Source of the DNA: Christensenellaceae bacterium
GTDB taxonomy: Bacteria; Bacillota; Clostridia; Christensenellales; CAG-138
Reading direction: 5' to 3'
NCBI GenBank assembly: GCA_031261085.1
Contig: JAISKB010000022.1
Coordinates: 18,310-82,309, forward strand
DNA: 64,000 nt
The position numbers and the translations under genes were made by a program. Shown here in pieces: positions 49,207-59,074 of this stretch (its first letter is position 1; every line of letters starts with the position of its first letter). The notes under the pieces are model-generated. The model saw only the letters and a list, made by a program, of their open reading frames with translations. It searched no databases and was not told the origin of the DNA.

Positions 49207-50307
49207 CTATAGGGACTGTGAACTTATTTTTAGTTTATAGAGCACGACCGCCATATACAAATAAAACGAGTCCGTAAAATTCAATGGGTCTTTCCCCGTC
49301 ATTTCAAATATTTTATTCAAGCGGTATTTGAGCGTATTCCTGTGGATGTACAGCTTTTGCGCCGTATTGGTCACCTCCCCGTTACACTCCACATAGGTTT
49401 GGAAGGTATCCACCAAGTTCATGCCGTGGCTGTTTTCTTCCAGCGATTCAATCAGCGTTATCATCTCCTTGCTTTGATGTTCGCTCAAAATATGTGCAAA
49501 TTGATAATCCTTATAAAAATGGACGCGTTTGTTGGGGGCCAGCGCACGCCCCAGCCGCAGCGCCGCCCTCGCCTGCTCGTAAGATTTGGATACGGGCAAG
49601 CTCTCTAACCCCACGCCGATTTTGCCCGGAATATATTTCATGATATACTGCAGCTTTTCTTCAAGGGTATCGATGTAATGCGGCATCAGCACGAAGGAAT
49701 GGCTATCCAGCCGCAGCCTGCGGTCTATTTGATCCATCATGATTTTTAAGTGCTCATGCGCCTCCGCGATATTCTCGATCTCCTCGATCAATATCACGCA
49801 ATAGGGTTTGCGCACATCCGTGTTGAGCGAAAGCCCCCTGTTTATAAAGCCCTCGGTATATTCTTCGGTCGTATCCTTGTGGAGCCATTCCCGAATGAAC
49901 TCGCCCAACGTTTGGGATTCATCCTGCTTGACCAGCATCGTATACTGCTGACGGATCAGCAATTCCGCCAGCATCTTCGCCAATAGGATGAACTTGGACA
50001 CGGTTGCCGGATCCCCGCTGATGCTGATGACGCCAATCGGATAATCGTTGAACAGCACGGGCGCGTTTACGCCCCGGCGCAGTAAATCGGTATCCTCATG
50101 CACCTCCAATATCTTTTCGGATGCGATACACTGCAAGGCGCCATAGTGCAGCGTGCCTACCCTGGCGGGGTCGCCGCTTGCCAGCACGATGCCATCCCTG
50201 CTGATGTAGCTAACATAGCTATCCGGCAGCACCTGCATCAGGGTATGCACGATTTGATCCATCTGTATTTTGTTCAAGAAATAGCTCTCGCGCGTCAAGT
50301 TCATCAT
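49207..50307 (-). CDS. CdaR/PucR-family transcriptional regulator (sugar-diacid recognition domain)
   Basis: GIVLASGDPARVGTLH, GVNAP, C-terminal LYIHRNTLKYRL HTH. Confidence 0.9.
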   Translation of the reverse strand: MMNLTRESYFLNKIQMDQIVHTLMQVLPDSYVSYISRDGIVLASGDPARVGTLHYGALQCIASEKILEVHEDTDLLRRGVNAPVLFNDYPIGVISISGDPATVSKFILLAKMLAELLIRQQYTMLVKQDESQTLGEFIREWLHKDTTEEYTEGFINRGLSLNTDVRKPYCVILIEEIENIAEAHEHLKIMMDQIDRRLRLDSHSFVLMPHYIDTLEEKLQYIMKYIPGKIGVGLESLPVSKSYEQARAALRLGRALAPNKRVHFYKDYQFAHILSEHQSKEMITLIESLEENSHGMNLVDTFQTYVECNGEVTNTAQKLYIHRNTLKYRLNKIFEMTGKDPLNFTDSFYLYMAVVLYKLKISSQSL

Positions 50308-50658
50308 TCCGGCACCTCATCCTGTAACATTCGTTATTCTCTTACCATCCATACATTGTTCGCACGCACAACAAGTTTGTTATATCTATTTAAAGGCAGG
50401 TTTGGGAAACGCAAGAGGCTTTGGTATTTTATCCAAATTGTTAATGATAATCGCTTTTCGCAATTGTCATTATACCCAATCAAACGCATTAGAGCAAGTG
50501 GAATAATCCGCATGGATTGTGCAATTGAATAACAGAACCAAGTATGCATTAGTGCGGAGGACAGTGTAAAAAAACGTTGCTTTTGCTAGAATAATAACAA
50601 AGATAGCGTATCCTTGTTCGAATGCATTTCAAGCAGTATTATAGCAGGAGGAAAGCAA

Positions 50659-51837
50659 ATGAAAGAAGTAGTTGTTGTGAGCGGTGTTCGCACCGCTGTA
50701 GGCACAATGGATGGCTCACTCAAGGATATACACGAGTCGGATCTTGGCGGGCTTGTGATTGCGGAAGCGGTAAAGCGGGCGGGCATCGATCCGGCCTGTG
50801 TGGATGAAGCCATCGTTGGCTGCGTAGGACAAATCGCGGAAAGCGGGTTTATTGGCCGCACCTGCTCGTTAAAGGGCGGGCTTCCCTTGGAAACCACCGC
50901 ATATTCGGTAAACCGGCAATGCGGCTCTGGCCTGCAGGCCATCAACAGCGGCGTACAGGCCATACAATGCGGGCAGGCGGATGTTATCGTTGCCGCAGGC
51001 ACCGAAAACATGGATTTGCTGCCCTATTATGCGCGCAACGCCCGCTACGGCTACCGCATGGGCGATGGCGTATTGCAGGATGGTATTATCAGCATTTTAA
51101 CCTGGCCGATGGGCCCCTATCACAACGGCACAACGGCCGAAAACGTTGCGGAAAAATACTCCATTTCCCGCGAGGATCAAGATGCGTTTGCGCTTTTGAG
51201 CCAGGAAAAGGCGCTGAAGGCCATTGCGGAAGGCAAGTTTAAGGAAGAAATACTCCCCATCGAAATCAAAGAAAAAAAGACGACGCGCATATTCGATACG
51301 GATGAGCACCCGCGCGCCGGCCTCACCCTGGAAAAGCTGGGCAAGCTCCGGCCCGCGTTTAAAACGGGCGGTTCCGTTACTGCGGCCAACTCTTCCGGCA
51401 TCAACGACGGCGCCGCGGCGGCGGTGTTGATGAGCCGCGAAAAAGCCGATGCGCTTGGCGTAAAGCCGCTGCTGCGCGTCGTCGATTATGCCGTGGCGGG
51501 CAACAGCCCGGATTATATGGGGTTCGCGCCCGCGCTATCCACCGCCAAGCTGCTCAAGCGCACCGGCCTTTCGGTAGCCGATATAGATCTTTTTGAGCTC
51601 AACGAGGCGTTTGCCTCCCAGTCGCTGGCCGTCATCCGGGATTTGAACCTGCCCATGGACCGCGTCAACGTAAACGGCGGCGCCATCGCGCTGGGTCACC
51701 CTATCGGCGCTACCGGCGTTATCCTGACGGTAAAGCTGATGAACGAAATGCAGCGCAGAAAAGCCTGCTATGGCCTTGTGACCATGTGCATTGGCGGCGG
51801 GCAGGGCATTTCCACCATATTTGAAAGGGTAGTGTAA
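50659..51837 (+). CDS. thl: Acetyl-CoA acyltransferase (thiolase)
   Basis: NRQCGSG, NEAFA, GHPIGATG, CIGGG. Confidence 0.93.
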   Translation: MKEVVVVSGVRTAVGTMDGSLKDIHESDLGGLVIAEAVKRAGIDPACVDEAIVGCVGQIAESGFIGRTCSLKGGLPLETTAYSVNRQCGSGLQAINSGVQAIQCGQADVIVAAGTENMDLLPYYARNARYGYRMGDGVLQDGIISILTWPMGPYHNGTTAENVAEKYSISREDQDAFALLSQEKALKAIAEGKFKEEILPIEIKEKKTTRIFDTDEHPRAGLTLEKLGKLRPAFKTGGSVTAANSSGINDGAAAAVLMSREKADALGVKPLLRVVDYAVAGNSPDYMGFAPALSTAKLLKRTGLSVADIDLFELNEAFASQSLAVIRDLNLPMDRVNVNGGAIALGHPIGATGVILTVKLMNEMQRRKACYGLVTMCIGGGQGISTIFERVV

Positions 51838-51848
51838 GGAGAAGCACG

Positions 51849-52688
51849 ATGAAAAAAGTAATGGTAGTAGGCGCGGGCCTGATGGGCGCCGGCATAGCGC
51901 AAACCTGTGCGCAGGCCGGGTACAGTGTTGTATTGGTAGATGTAAAAAAGGAATATGTAGAGGGCGCCATCGCCAAGCTGCAAACGCAGCTGGATAAGCT
52001 GGTTGCCAAGGGCAAGTTCACGCAGGAACAAGCGGACGCCACACTCTCGGGCATTACCCCCGCCACCGAATATGCGGCGGGCAAAGATGCGGATTTGGTG
52101 ATTGAGGCCGTGAATGAAAACCTCGATTTAAAGAAAAAGGTTTTCGCGGAACTGGATCAGGCCGTGGGCGCAAACGCGATCCTGGCATCCAACACCTCCA
52201 CGCTCTCCATCACCGCGCTCGGCGGGGTCACCAAGCGGCCGGAGAAGTGCATTGGCTTGCACTTTTTTATCCCGGCGCCGGTCATGAAGCTGGTGGAAAT
52301 CATCCCCGGCCTAAACACCGCTCAGGAAGTAGTGCAGCAAATACAGGACTTCGCCAAAGACATTGGCAAAACCGCGGTATTGTGCAACGATTACCCCGGC
52401 TTTACCGTAAACCGGCTTGCCGTGCCCATGTGGAATGAAGCCATGAACCTGGTAATGGAGGGGTTGCGCCCCGAAGATGTGGATACCGCCATGAAGCTGG
52501 GCGGCAATCACCCCATGGGGCCGCTGGAGCTGGCAGATTTTGCGGGGCTGGATACCGTGCTGGCCGTGATGACCGCACTGTGGGAGGGCTTTAAGGATCC
52601 AAAATTCCGTCCTTCCCCGCTGCTCGTAAAGATGGTGGAAGCGGGCAACTTGGGCCGCAAAACCAAAAAAGGATTTTACGAATATTGA
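51849..52688 (+). CDS. hbd: 3-hydroxyacyl-CoA dehydrogenase
   Basis: GAGLMG, SNTS, GLHFF, HPMGPL, GRKTKKGFY. Confidence 0.9.
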   Translation: MKKVMVVGAGLMGAGIAQTCAQAGYSVVLVDVKKEYVEGAIAKLQTQLDKLVAKGKFTQEQADATLSGITPATEYAAGKDADLVIEAVNENLDLKKKVFAELDQAVGANAILASNTSTLSITALGGVTKRPEKCIGLHFFIPAPVMKLVEIIPGLNTAQEVVQQIQDFAKDIGKTAVLCNDYPGFTVNRLAVPMWNEAMNLVMEGLRPEDVDTAMKLGGNHPMGPLELADFAGLDTVLAVMTALWEGFKDPKFRPSPLLVKMVEAGNLGRKTKKGFYEY

Positions 52689-52732
52689 TATAGCCCTATG
52701 GATGCAGCCCCAATAAACAAGGCGGTAATGGT

Positions 52733-53938
52733 ATGGTTTTGATTTCTTGCAACGCAGGAAGCACGTCCCTTAAACTGGGCGTTATCGAAATGCCCGGCGG
52801 TAAAACGCTCGCTTCCGAAAAGATAGAGCGCATCGGCTCTTTGGATTCCACCTTAAACTTCAAAGACGCCGCAGGTATCGAATGGACCCGCAATATCTAT
52901 ATCGACAACCACGTTTGCGCCGCGCGGGCGGCGCTGGGCGCGCTAAAGGAAGAGGGTATCATCAAGAGCACCTCTGGCTTGGATGGCATTGCATTTAAGG
53001 CCGTCCACGGCGGAGCGTTAACCGAGCCTACCTTGATAGACGATGAAGTGCTGGCCGTGATGGAACGGTTTATCACCGTTGCGCCGCTGCACAATCGGGT
53101 CTATTTGGATGTGATACGCGCATTCCGGCAGGTAGCGCCAAAGCTGCCCATGGTAGCGGTGTTTGAAACCGCGTTCCATAACACCATGCCAGAATATGCC
53201 TATACCTATGCCGTGCCGCTGGAATGGAAGGAAAAATACGGCGTGCGCAAGTATGGCTTCCACGGCGCTTCGCATTCCTACATCAATAAGCGCATACAAG
53301 AGCTTACCGGCCGCACGGACTTAAAAGTAATCTCCTGCCACCTGGGGGGCAGCTCCTCCTTATGCGCACTCCAAAGCGGCGTCTCCATCGATGCCACGCA
53401 GGGGTTTTCCCCACAATCCGGCATCTCCATGGGTACCCGCAATGGGGATTTGGACGTATACATTATCTTCTACCTAGTGGCCAATGGCTTTACGCTCGAG
53501 GAGATCAACGATGCACTGTATACCAAGAGCGGCCTCAAAGGGCTTTCCGGCATCAGCGAGGATACCCGCGATATCGAATTGGCCGCCTCGCGCGGCGATA
53601 AGCGGGCGGAGCTTGCGCTGCAGGTATACTGTTATGATATAGTAAAGTATATCGGCGCGTATTGGGCGCTGTTGGGCGGCCTCGATGCCATCGTATTTAC
53701 GGGCGGCATAGGCGAAAACAGCATTTTTATCCGCGCAAAGGTGCTGCGCATGCTGGAGCACATGGGCGTGGTGCTCGATGCGGATAAAAACCAGAACAAC
53801 ATCCCCAACCAGCGTATATCGACCGAAGCCTCCAGGGTGGATGTATATGTCATCCGCACAAATGAAGAGCTTATGGTAGCTGAAAAAGCGGCGGAAGTAC
53901 TTTCTCAATTTGAAGGAGAGGATACACAACATGCCTGA
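52733..53938 (+). CDS. ackA: Acetate/propionate kinase family (variant active site)
   Basis: NAGSTSLK, APLHN, YGFHG, MGTR, FTGGIGEN, TNEE. Confidence 0.88.
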   Translation: MVLISCNAGSTSLKLGVIEMPGGKTLASEKIERIGSLDSTLNFKDAAGIEWTRNIYIDNHVCAARAALGALKEEGIIKSTSGLDGIAFKAVHGGALTEPTLIDDEVLAVMERFITVAPLHNRVYLDVIRAFRQVAPKLPMVAVFETAFHNTMPEYAYTYAVPLEWKEKYGVRKYGFHGASHSYINKRIQELTGRTDLKVISCHLGGSSSLCALQSGVSIDATQGFSPQSGISMGTRNGDLDVYIIFYLVANGFTLEEINDALYTKSGLKGLSGISEDTRDIELAASRGDKRAELALQVYCYDIVKYIGAYWALLGGLDAIVFTGGIGENSIFIRAKVLRMLEHMGVVLDADKNQNNIPNQRISTEASRVDVYVIRTNEELMVAEKAAEVLSQFEGEDTQHA

Positions 53939-54710
53939 AGCAATTCGCGTCATCAAAAACGCCGGCATTGGCGAACTGATTTTTGACAAGCCGGAGAACC
54001 GCAACACAATGGACGAGTTTTTTTTAGAAAGCCTGCTTGCCGGTATCGACGCGCTTGATGGCGATACGCAAATTCGCGCCATCATTTTAAAAAGCACGCA
54101 CCCCAAGGTGTTTTTGGCGGGCGCGGACATCGCTTACATGGTCGGCAACACGCCCATAAAGGCCAAACGCTTTTGCGATTTAGGCTGCGCCGCCTTCTCC
54201 CGCATCCATACTTGCGCCAAGCCAGTTATTGCGGCCATCAATGGGCATTGCCTGGGCGGTGGGCTGGAATTGGCGCTGGCCTGCGATATCCGCATAGCGA
54301 GCACAAACTGCAAGCTGGGCTTCCCCGAAGTGAAGCTGGGCATATCGCCCGGTTGGGGCGGGCTATACCGCTGCGCCCGGCTGATTGGCGAAGGCCGTGC
54401 GAAGGAGCTGCTGTATACCGGCAAGCTGATTGCCGCGCAGGAGGCCGAGCGGATGGGGCTAATCAACCATGCGGTGGAGCCGGAGCAGCTGCAAGCCACC
54501 TGCGAGCAGCTCGCAAACGAGATTGCCGCGAACGCGCCCATCCCCGTTTCGCTGATTAAAAAATGGCTGCCGCAGGCGGTGGACGCCGCGGATGATGTGG
54601 CAGACCATATCTCCGGCACCCTCGTGGCGGAATGCTTCGCATCCGAGGACCAAACCGAAGGTATGCGCGCTTTCCTCGAAAAACGGGAAGCGAAATTCAC
54701 AGGCAAGTAG
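53931..54710 (+). CDS. crt: Enoyl-CoA hydratase (canonical crotonase, both catalytic Glu present)
   Basis: AGAD, GGGLELALACD, FPEVKLG, AFLEKR. Confidence 0.88.
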   Translation: MPEAIRVIKNAGIGELIFDKPENRNTMDEFFLESLLAGIDALDGDTQIRAIILKSTHPKVFLAGADIAYMVGNTPIKAKRFCDLGCAAFSRIHTCAKPVIAAINGHCLGGGLELALACDIRIASTNCKLGFPEVKLGISPGWGGLYRCARLIGEGRAKELLYTGKLIAAQEAERMGLINHAVEPEQLQATCEQLANEIAANAPIPVSLIKKWLPQAVDAADDVADHISGTLVAECFASEDQTEGMRAFLEKREAKFTGK

Positions 54711-54721
54711 GGGAGTTTTAC

Positions 54722-54768
54722 CCCACCCTTTTAACCCCCTCCCGCCGGGAGGGGGTTAAAAGGGTGGG
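54722..54768. repeat. Perfect 22-bp inverted repeat, REP-like, between convergent genes
   Basis: CCCACCCTTTTAACCCCCTCCC-GCC-GGGAGGGGGTTAAAAGGGTGGG; related copies at 39171-39201 and 62037-62068. Confidence 0.85.
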
Positions 54769-54778
54769 TCGCGCCTGT

Positions 54779-55957
54779 TTATTCAAAACAACTTTCCAGC
54801 ACCTGCTGTACATACTCCCGCTTAATCAGCCCGCGCCCGGGGTATGCCATAACGTTATCGACGATTTCCGGCAGCTGCTCCTTCTTCACGCCAAGGCCTT
54901 TCAGCGTTGTGGCAAGTCCCCATCTTTCATACATCGCGCGCAGCGCCAAAATACCCTCGCGACCAACATCCTTGTCGCTCATCCCGGGCCTTTGCTCTAT
55001 GCCGAACACCTGCAGGGCAAAGCGCTTTGTCTTGATGGGGTTTTCTTCATTCACCTGCAAAAAGCAGGCGGGCAGCAACACCGCCAAGCCATCCCCATGC
55101 CGCGTGTTGGTCACGGCGCCAACGCCCGTTTGTATGGCGTGCGCCGGCCAGCGCGCAAAGGGGTTGATACGGCGTCCAATACCGCCCAATCCATCGATGG
55201 ATTGTGACGACAGCCAGCATACGCGGCCGCGCAGCTCCACATCCTCCAAATGATCGAGTACGCCGGAGCAGCCGATCATACAGCGCACCAGCAATTCCAC
55301 ATATTCATCCATAAATGGCTGTACCGCGAAATCGTACATATACGCTTCGCAGGCATGGGCAATCGCATCCGCCATGCCCGCCGCCGTTAAGTGCCGGGGC
55401 ACGCTTACATGCAGTTCCGGATCCATAATGGCAAACGCGGGGTAGGCGTGGGGCGAAAATACATTCCACTTTGCCGGGTCGTTCCCGCTCCTGTCGTTGG
55501 ATACGATGGTGCTGCCGTCCGTTTCGGAGCCGGTGCCCGATATGGTGGTTACCGCGCCGATTTTTAGCGCGCCGGCAGGCTTGGCCGCGCCGCTATAAAA
55601 ATCCCATACATCGCCGTCATAAACCGCGCCCAGCGCAATAGCCTTGGCGGAATCTATCGTGCTGCCGCCGCCAATGCCTACCACAACCTCAACCTTTTCC
55701 CGCTTGCAAATCGCAATCCCTTCATCTATTTTGCTAAGATGCGCGTTGGGCAACACGCCGGGCAGCTGAATCGCCCTCACGCCGGCCGCCTCCAAGGAGT
55801 TTACCGCGCGTTGGAATACGCCCAGCTTCTCCAGCGGGCCGGCATCCTGTACCAATAGCGCCGTCCTACCCAGCGGCGCTACCTGTTCGCCCAATTCATC
55901 GTATTTGCCGGGGCCAAACAAAATTTTCGTAGGTTTACAGTATTGAAATGGTTCCAT
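54779..55957 (-). CDS. Iron-containing alcohol dehydrogenase (BdhA/YqhD-like clade)
   Basis: GGGSTIDSAK, TGSE, DAIAH, HAIQ...HGDG. Confidence 0.88.
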   Translation of the reverse strand: MEPFQYCKPTKILFGPGKYDELGEQVAPLGRTALLVQDAGPLEKLGVFQRAVNSLEAAGVRAIQLPGVLPNAHLSKIDEGIAICKREKVEVVVGIGGGSTIDSAKAIALGAVYDGDVWDFYSGAAKPAGALKIGAVTTISGTGSETDGSTIVSNDRSGNDPAKWNVFSPHAYPAFAIMDPELHVSVPRHLTAAGMADAIAHACEAYMYDFAVQPFMDEYVELLVRCMIGCSGVLDHLEDVELRGRVCWLSSQSIDGLGGIGRRINPFARWPAHAIQTGVGAVTNTRHGDGLAVLLPACFLQVNEENPIKTKRFALQVFGIEQRPGMSDKDVGREGILALRAMYERWGLATTLKGLGVKKEQLPEIVDNVMAYPGRGLIKREYVQQVLESCFE

Positions 55958-55975
55958 GTTGTTTTCTCCTGTCCT

Positions 55976-56788
55976 CTATTTATATATCCCTGAAAGGTCA
56001 AAGGTTTCTTCCAATACGCTGATTTCCTCCGGCGCGCCCACCGCGGCCAAACCGCCATCCACCTTAAGCACCGCGCCCGATACATACGACGCGTTTTCCG
56101 AGGCAAGCCAAACCACCGCTTTGCCTATATCCGCCGCGCGCCCATTTTTGCGCAGGGGCACAAACCGGTGGGTGTTTTTGTAAAAGGGATGCTCGCTTTC
56201 TTCCTCGGGGGCACACCTTACGTTGATAATGCCCGGCGCAAACCCATTGACGCGAATGCCGTAGCGGCCCAGGTCCATCGCAAAGGATTCGATGGCACGG
56301 TTCATGCCCGCCTTAAACGCGCCGTATATGCAATCATGCATGTGCGCATTGTAGGCCCGCACCGAGGTGTTGAACAGCAGACTGCCTTCGACATTGTTTT
56401 CGACCATATACTGCGCGGCCGCCTTTGCCCCCAATATCATGCCGCGAAAGTTTACATGGTACAGCCAATCCATCGCGTCCGCCGTGAGCTCCATCAGCTT
56501 CTGTCCGCGAAACGCCCCTGCGTTGGCAACATATACATCCAACCTGCCAAGCTGCGCTATGGTTTGCTTCACCAACCGCTCCGGCACATCGGCCTCCCCG
56601 GTATCCCCCTGCAGCAGGATGCACTTCACACCCAGCGCGGTTATTTCATCGCAGGCGCTAAGCCCTTCCTCTTTGGAGGTGTTATAATGCACGGCGACTT
56701 CGTAGCCGGCCCTGGCGAATTCCAGCGCGATGCCGCGGCCGATGCCTTTGCCGGACCCTGTAACCAATACCACTTTCTCGTTTCGCAT
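55976..56788 (-). CDS. Short-chain dehydrogenase/reductase
   Basis: TGSGKGIG, NAG, YGAFK, VDGG; AGGAG RBS before ATG 56788. Confidence 0.9.
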   Translation of the reverse strand: MRNEKVVLVTGSGKGIGRGIALEFARAGYEVAVHYNTSKEEGLSACDEITALGVKCILLQGDTGEADVPERLVKQTIAQLGRLDVYVANAGAFRGQKLMELTADAMDWLYHVNFRGMILGAKAAAQYMVENNVEGSLLFNTSVRAYNAHMHDCIYGAFKAGMNRAIESFAMDLGRYGIRVNGFAPGIINVRCAPEEESEHPFYKNTHRFVPLRKNGRAADIGKAVVWLASENASYVSGAVLKVDGGLAAVGAPEEISVLEETFDLSGIYK

Positions 56789-57127
56789 AGATTTTCTCCT
56801 TATGATAGATTGGGAAGCGGATAGGGACATAAAGATGTATATATTTATGATGCCACACGCTTCCCCTGTATGCATTATAACGGCGCATAATAGTGATTGG
56901 CAATTCGCCTAAAATGTAAAAATACTATTTTTCATGCTTAGTATGAAATGCGGCGGTTTTCTTAATACGCGCCAAACAGTTCAACTGGTTGCCCGCATAA
57001 AATATGCATAAAACTATTGTTGTGGCCAACATTGTTAGATGGCTGCCGTTATTGTATAGTGCTATTATATCCTATCGCAATTGGGATGCCTTATCCACAT
57101 AAAAAGAATGCAGAGCGAGGTAGGAAC

Positions 57128-57889
57128 ATGGAAAACTTAAAGGTAACGGCAATCAAGTATGGCGCTTATCGTATGGAAAAAAAGTTTTACGATTATGAGC
57201 CCGGCGGCATCATCAGCCAGCCTATTTGGGGCGCGCTCATCCAGGGCGCGGGCAGGAACATACTGGTGGATACCGGGCTTGAATATAACCTGGAATGGCT
57301 GAATAAAAACGCGCTCCCCACCACGATAGAAGAGGATGAGATATTTGAAAACGCGTTGGCAAAGGCCGGCGGCATTACCCCAAATGATGTCGATATCGTA
57401 ATCAATACGCATATGCATTACGACCATATAGGCAACAACCGCTTGGTAAAAAACGCGTTGTTCTATGTTTCGCAAAGGGAATACCAAATCGCCTTCGCCC
57501 CCATGAAATGCCAAGCCAAATTATACGAAAACACCCACCACCTGTTTGATGAACGGGCGGTCGATCCGTTTGCCTGGCGGTTTGTTACGGGCATCACGGA
57601 TGTTGCCCCCGGGGTGCGCATCATACCCACGCCCGGGCATACCGATGGCCATATGTCCGTATTCGTAAAAACGGCGGAAGGCACGCTTTGCGTCAGCGGC
57701 GATGCCGTCAACTTAATCGAAGCACTGGAAAACCGCTATATCAATAAGTTCCATAGCAGCATACCCGATTGTTACCGCAGCTATGATGTCATTTTAGACA
57801 ACGCTGTTTGCATACTACCCGGTCATGAACCCTCCCTCCAAAAGTTCCAAAGCAGCGATTTCCCGCGTATCGACGGTTTTCGCAGGTAA
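57128..57889 (+). CDS. Metallo-beta-lactamase-fold lactonase (AiiA/AttM AHL-lactonase-like)
   Basis: LVDTG, THMHYDHIG (HxHxDH), TPGHT, GDA, PGHE. Confidence 0.82.
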   Translation: MENLKVTAIKYGAYRMEKKFYDYEPGGIISQPIWGALIQGAGRNILVDTGLEYNLEWLNKNALPTTIEEDEIFENALAKAGGITPNDVDIVINTHMHYDHIGNNRLVKNALFYVSQREYQIAFAPMKCQAKLYENTHHLFDERAVDPFAWRFVTGITDVAPGVRIIPTPGHTDGHMSVFVKTAEGTLCVSGDAVNLIEALENRYINKFHSSIPDCYRSYDVILDNAVCILPGHEPSLQKFQSSDFPRIDGFRR

Positions 57890-57899
57890 GGAGTAGAAT

Positions 57900-59054
57900 A
57901 TGGCAAGCTACCCGCGTTTTTATTTCCCTACCCGCATTTTTAGCGGCGCCGGGAGTATCGAACAGCTCATAGCATTTGTGGGCGCGCAGGACGCCGTGTT
58001 TTTAATAACGGATGCCACCCTCGTGCAGCTGGGCTTGGTAAAACGGGTAACCGATATGCTCGATGGCCATGTGCGGGCGCTGCGCGTATATGACAGCGTG
58101 CTGCCCGACCCGGCTATCGAGATGGTATGTGAAGCCACCGAGCAAGCCCACGCGTTTGGCGCTACCGCCATCGTATGCGTGGGCGGCGGCAGCGTGATAG
58201 ACGCGGCCAAATCGGTCGCCATGCTGCTGGCCCACTTCCCCGATTATCAGCCCTATGCCCTGCGCAAGCGCCCGCCGGAGCATCCCTCCCTCCCCTGCTA
58301 TGCCATACCCACCACGGCGGGTACCGGCGCGGAGGCCAGCAGCGCCGCTGTGCTCTCCTACAACCATGTTAAGGGCGGCATAAAGGCCGAAACCATGTTT
58401 TTACCCGCCGTTTTTTTGGATGAAACCATGATGCTGGGCCTGCCCCAAAGCATCACGGCCGAAACCGCAATGGATGCGCTGACGCATTCCGTAGAGTCCT
58501 ACATTGGACTGCACCGGCAAACGATATTGGATGCTTTAAACCTGCATGTCGTGCGGTTGATATTCCGTTACCTGCCCCGCGCCTATGCGAATGGTGCTGA
58601 CCAGGAAGCACGCGCCGCGCTTACCCAAGCTGCCTGCATGGGCGGCCTGGCGATGGGACATAGCGGCACCGGGCTTGTGCATGCTTTCAGCAACACGATG
58701 TGCGAAGAATATCACGACCTTTCCCACGGGCGCAGCAATTCGATCTTCCTGCCCTATTGCACGCGCTACAACGCGCCGGCAGTGCTGGATAGGTTGGCGG
58801 ATATTGCACAGGCCGCAGGCATCCAAACCCTTGGGCTTACCGCCGAGCAGGCGGGCTTTGCCGCTGTGGAGGCAATCGAACAGCTGAGCGATACGGTGAA
58901 CATTCCCAAGCGGGTCACGGGGCATACGCTCAGCGCGGCGCGCATTGCGGAGCTGGCCGAAAATACGCGCACGCATTTTATTACCGCCAACAACCCCCGG
59001 GTACCTTCCAAAGAGGACCTTATAAAAATCATTCACCAGGCGATGCCATTATAG
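57900..59054 (+). CDS. Iron-containing alcohol dehydrogenase
   Basis: GGGSVIDAAK, PTTAGTG, DALTH, GLVH...HG, NNPR. Confidence 0.9.
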   Translation: MASYPRFYFPTRIFSGAGSIEQLIAFVGAQDAVFLITDATLVQLGLVKRVTDMLDGHVRALRVYDSVLPDPAIEMVCEATEQAHAFGATAIVCVGGGSVIDAAKSVAMLLAHFPDYQPYALRKRPPEHPSLPCYAIPTTAGTGAEASSAAVLSYNHVKGGIKAETMFLPAVFLDETMMLGLPQSITAETAMDALTHSVESYIGLHRQTILDALNLHVVRLIFRYLPRAYANGADQEARAALTQAACMGGLAMGHSGTGLVHAFSNTMCEEYHDLSHGRSNSIFLPYCTRYNAPAVLDRLADIAQAAGIQTLGLTAEQAGFAAVEAIEQLSDTVNIPKRVTGHTLSAARIAELAENTRTHFITANNPRVPSKEDLIKIIHQAMPL

Positions 59055-59074
59055 GCGCAAAAAAGGAGAGCACG

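Noticed and set aside
50659-54710. thl-hbd-crt as a standard butyrate synthesis operon
   Set aside because: No bcd/etfAB, buk/ptb or but gene; linkage to the variant ackA, pduL, an importer and CdaR points to catabolism
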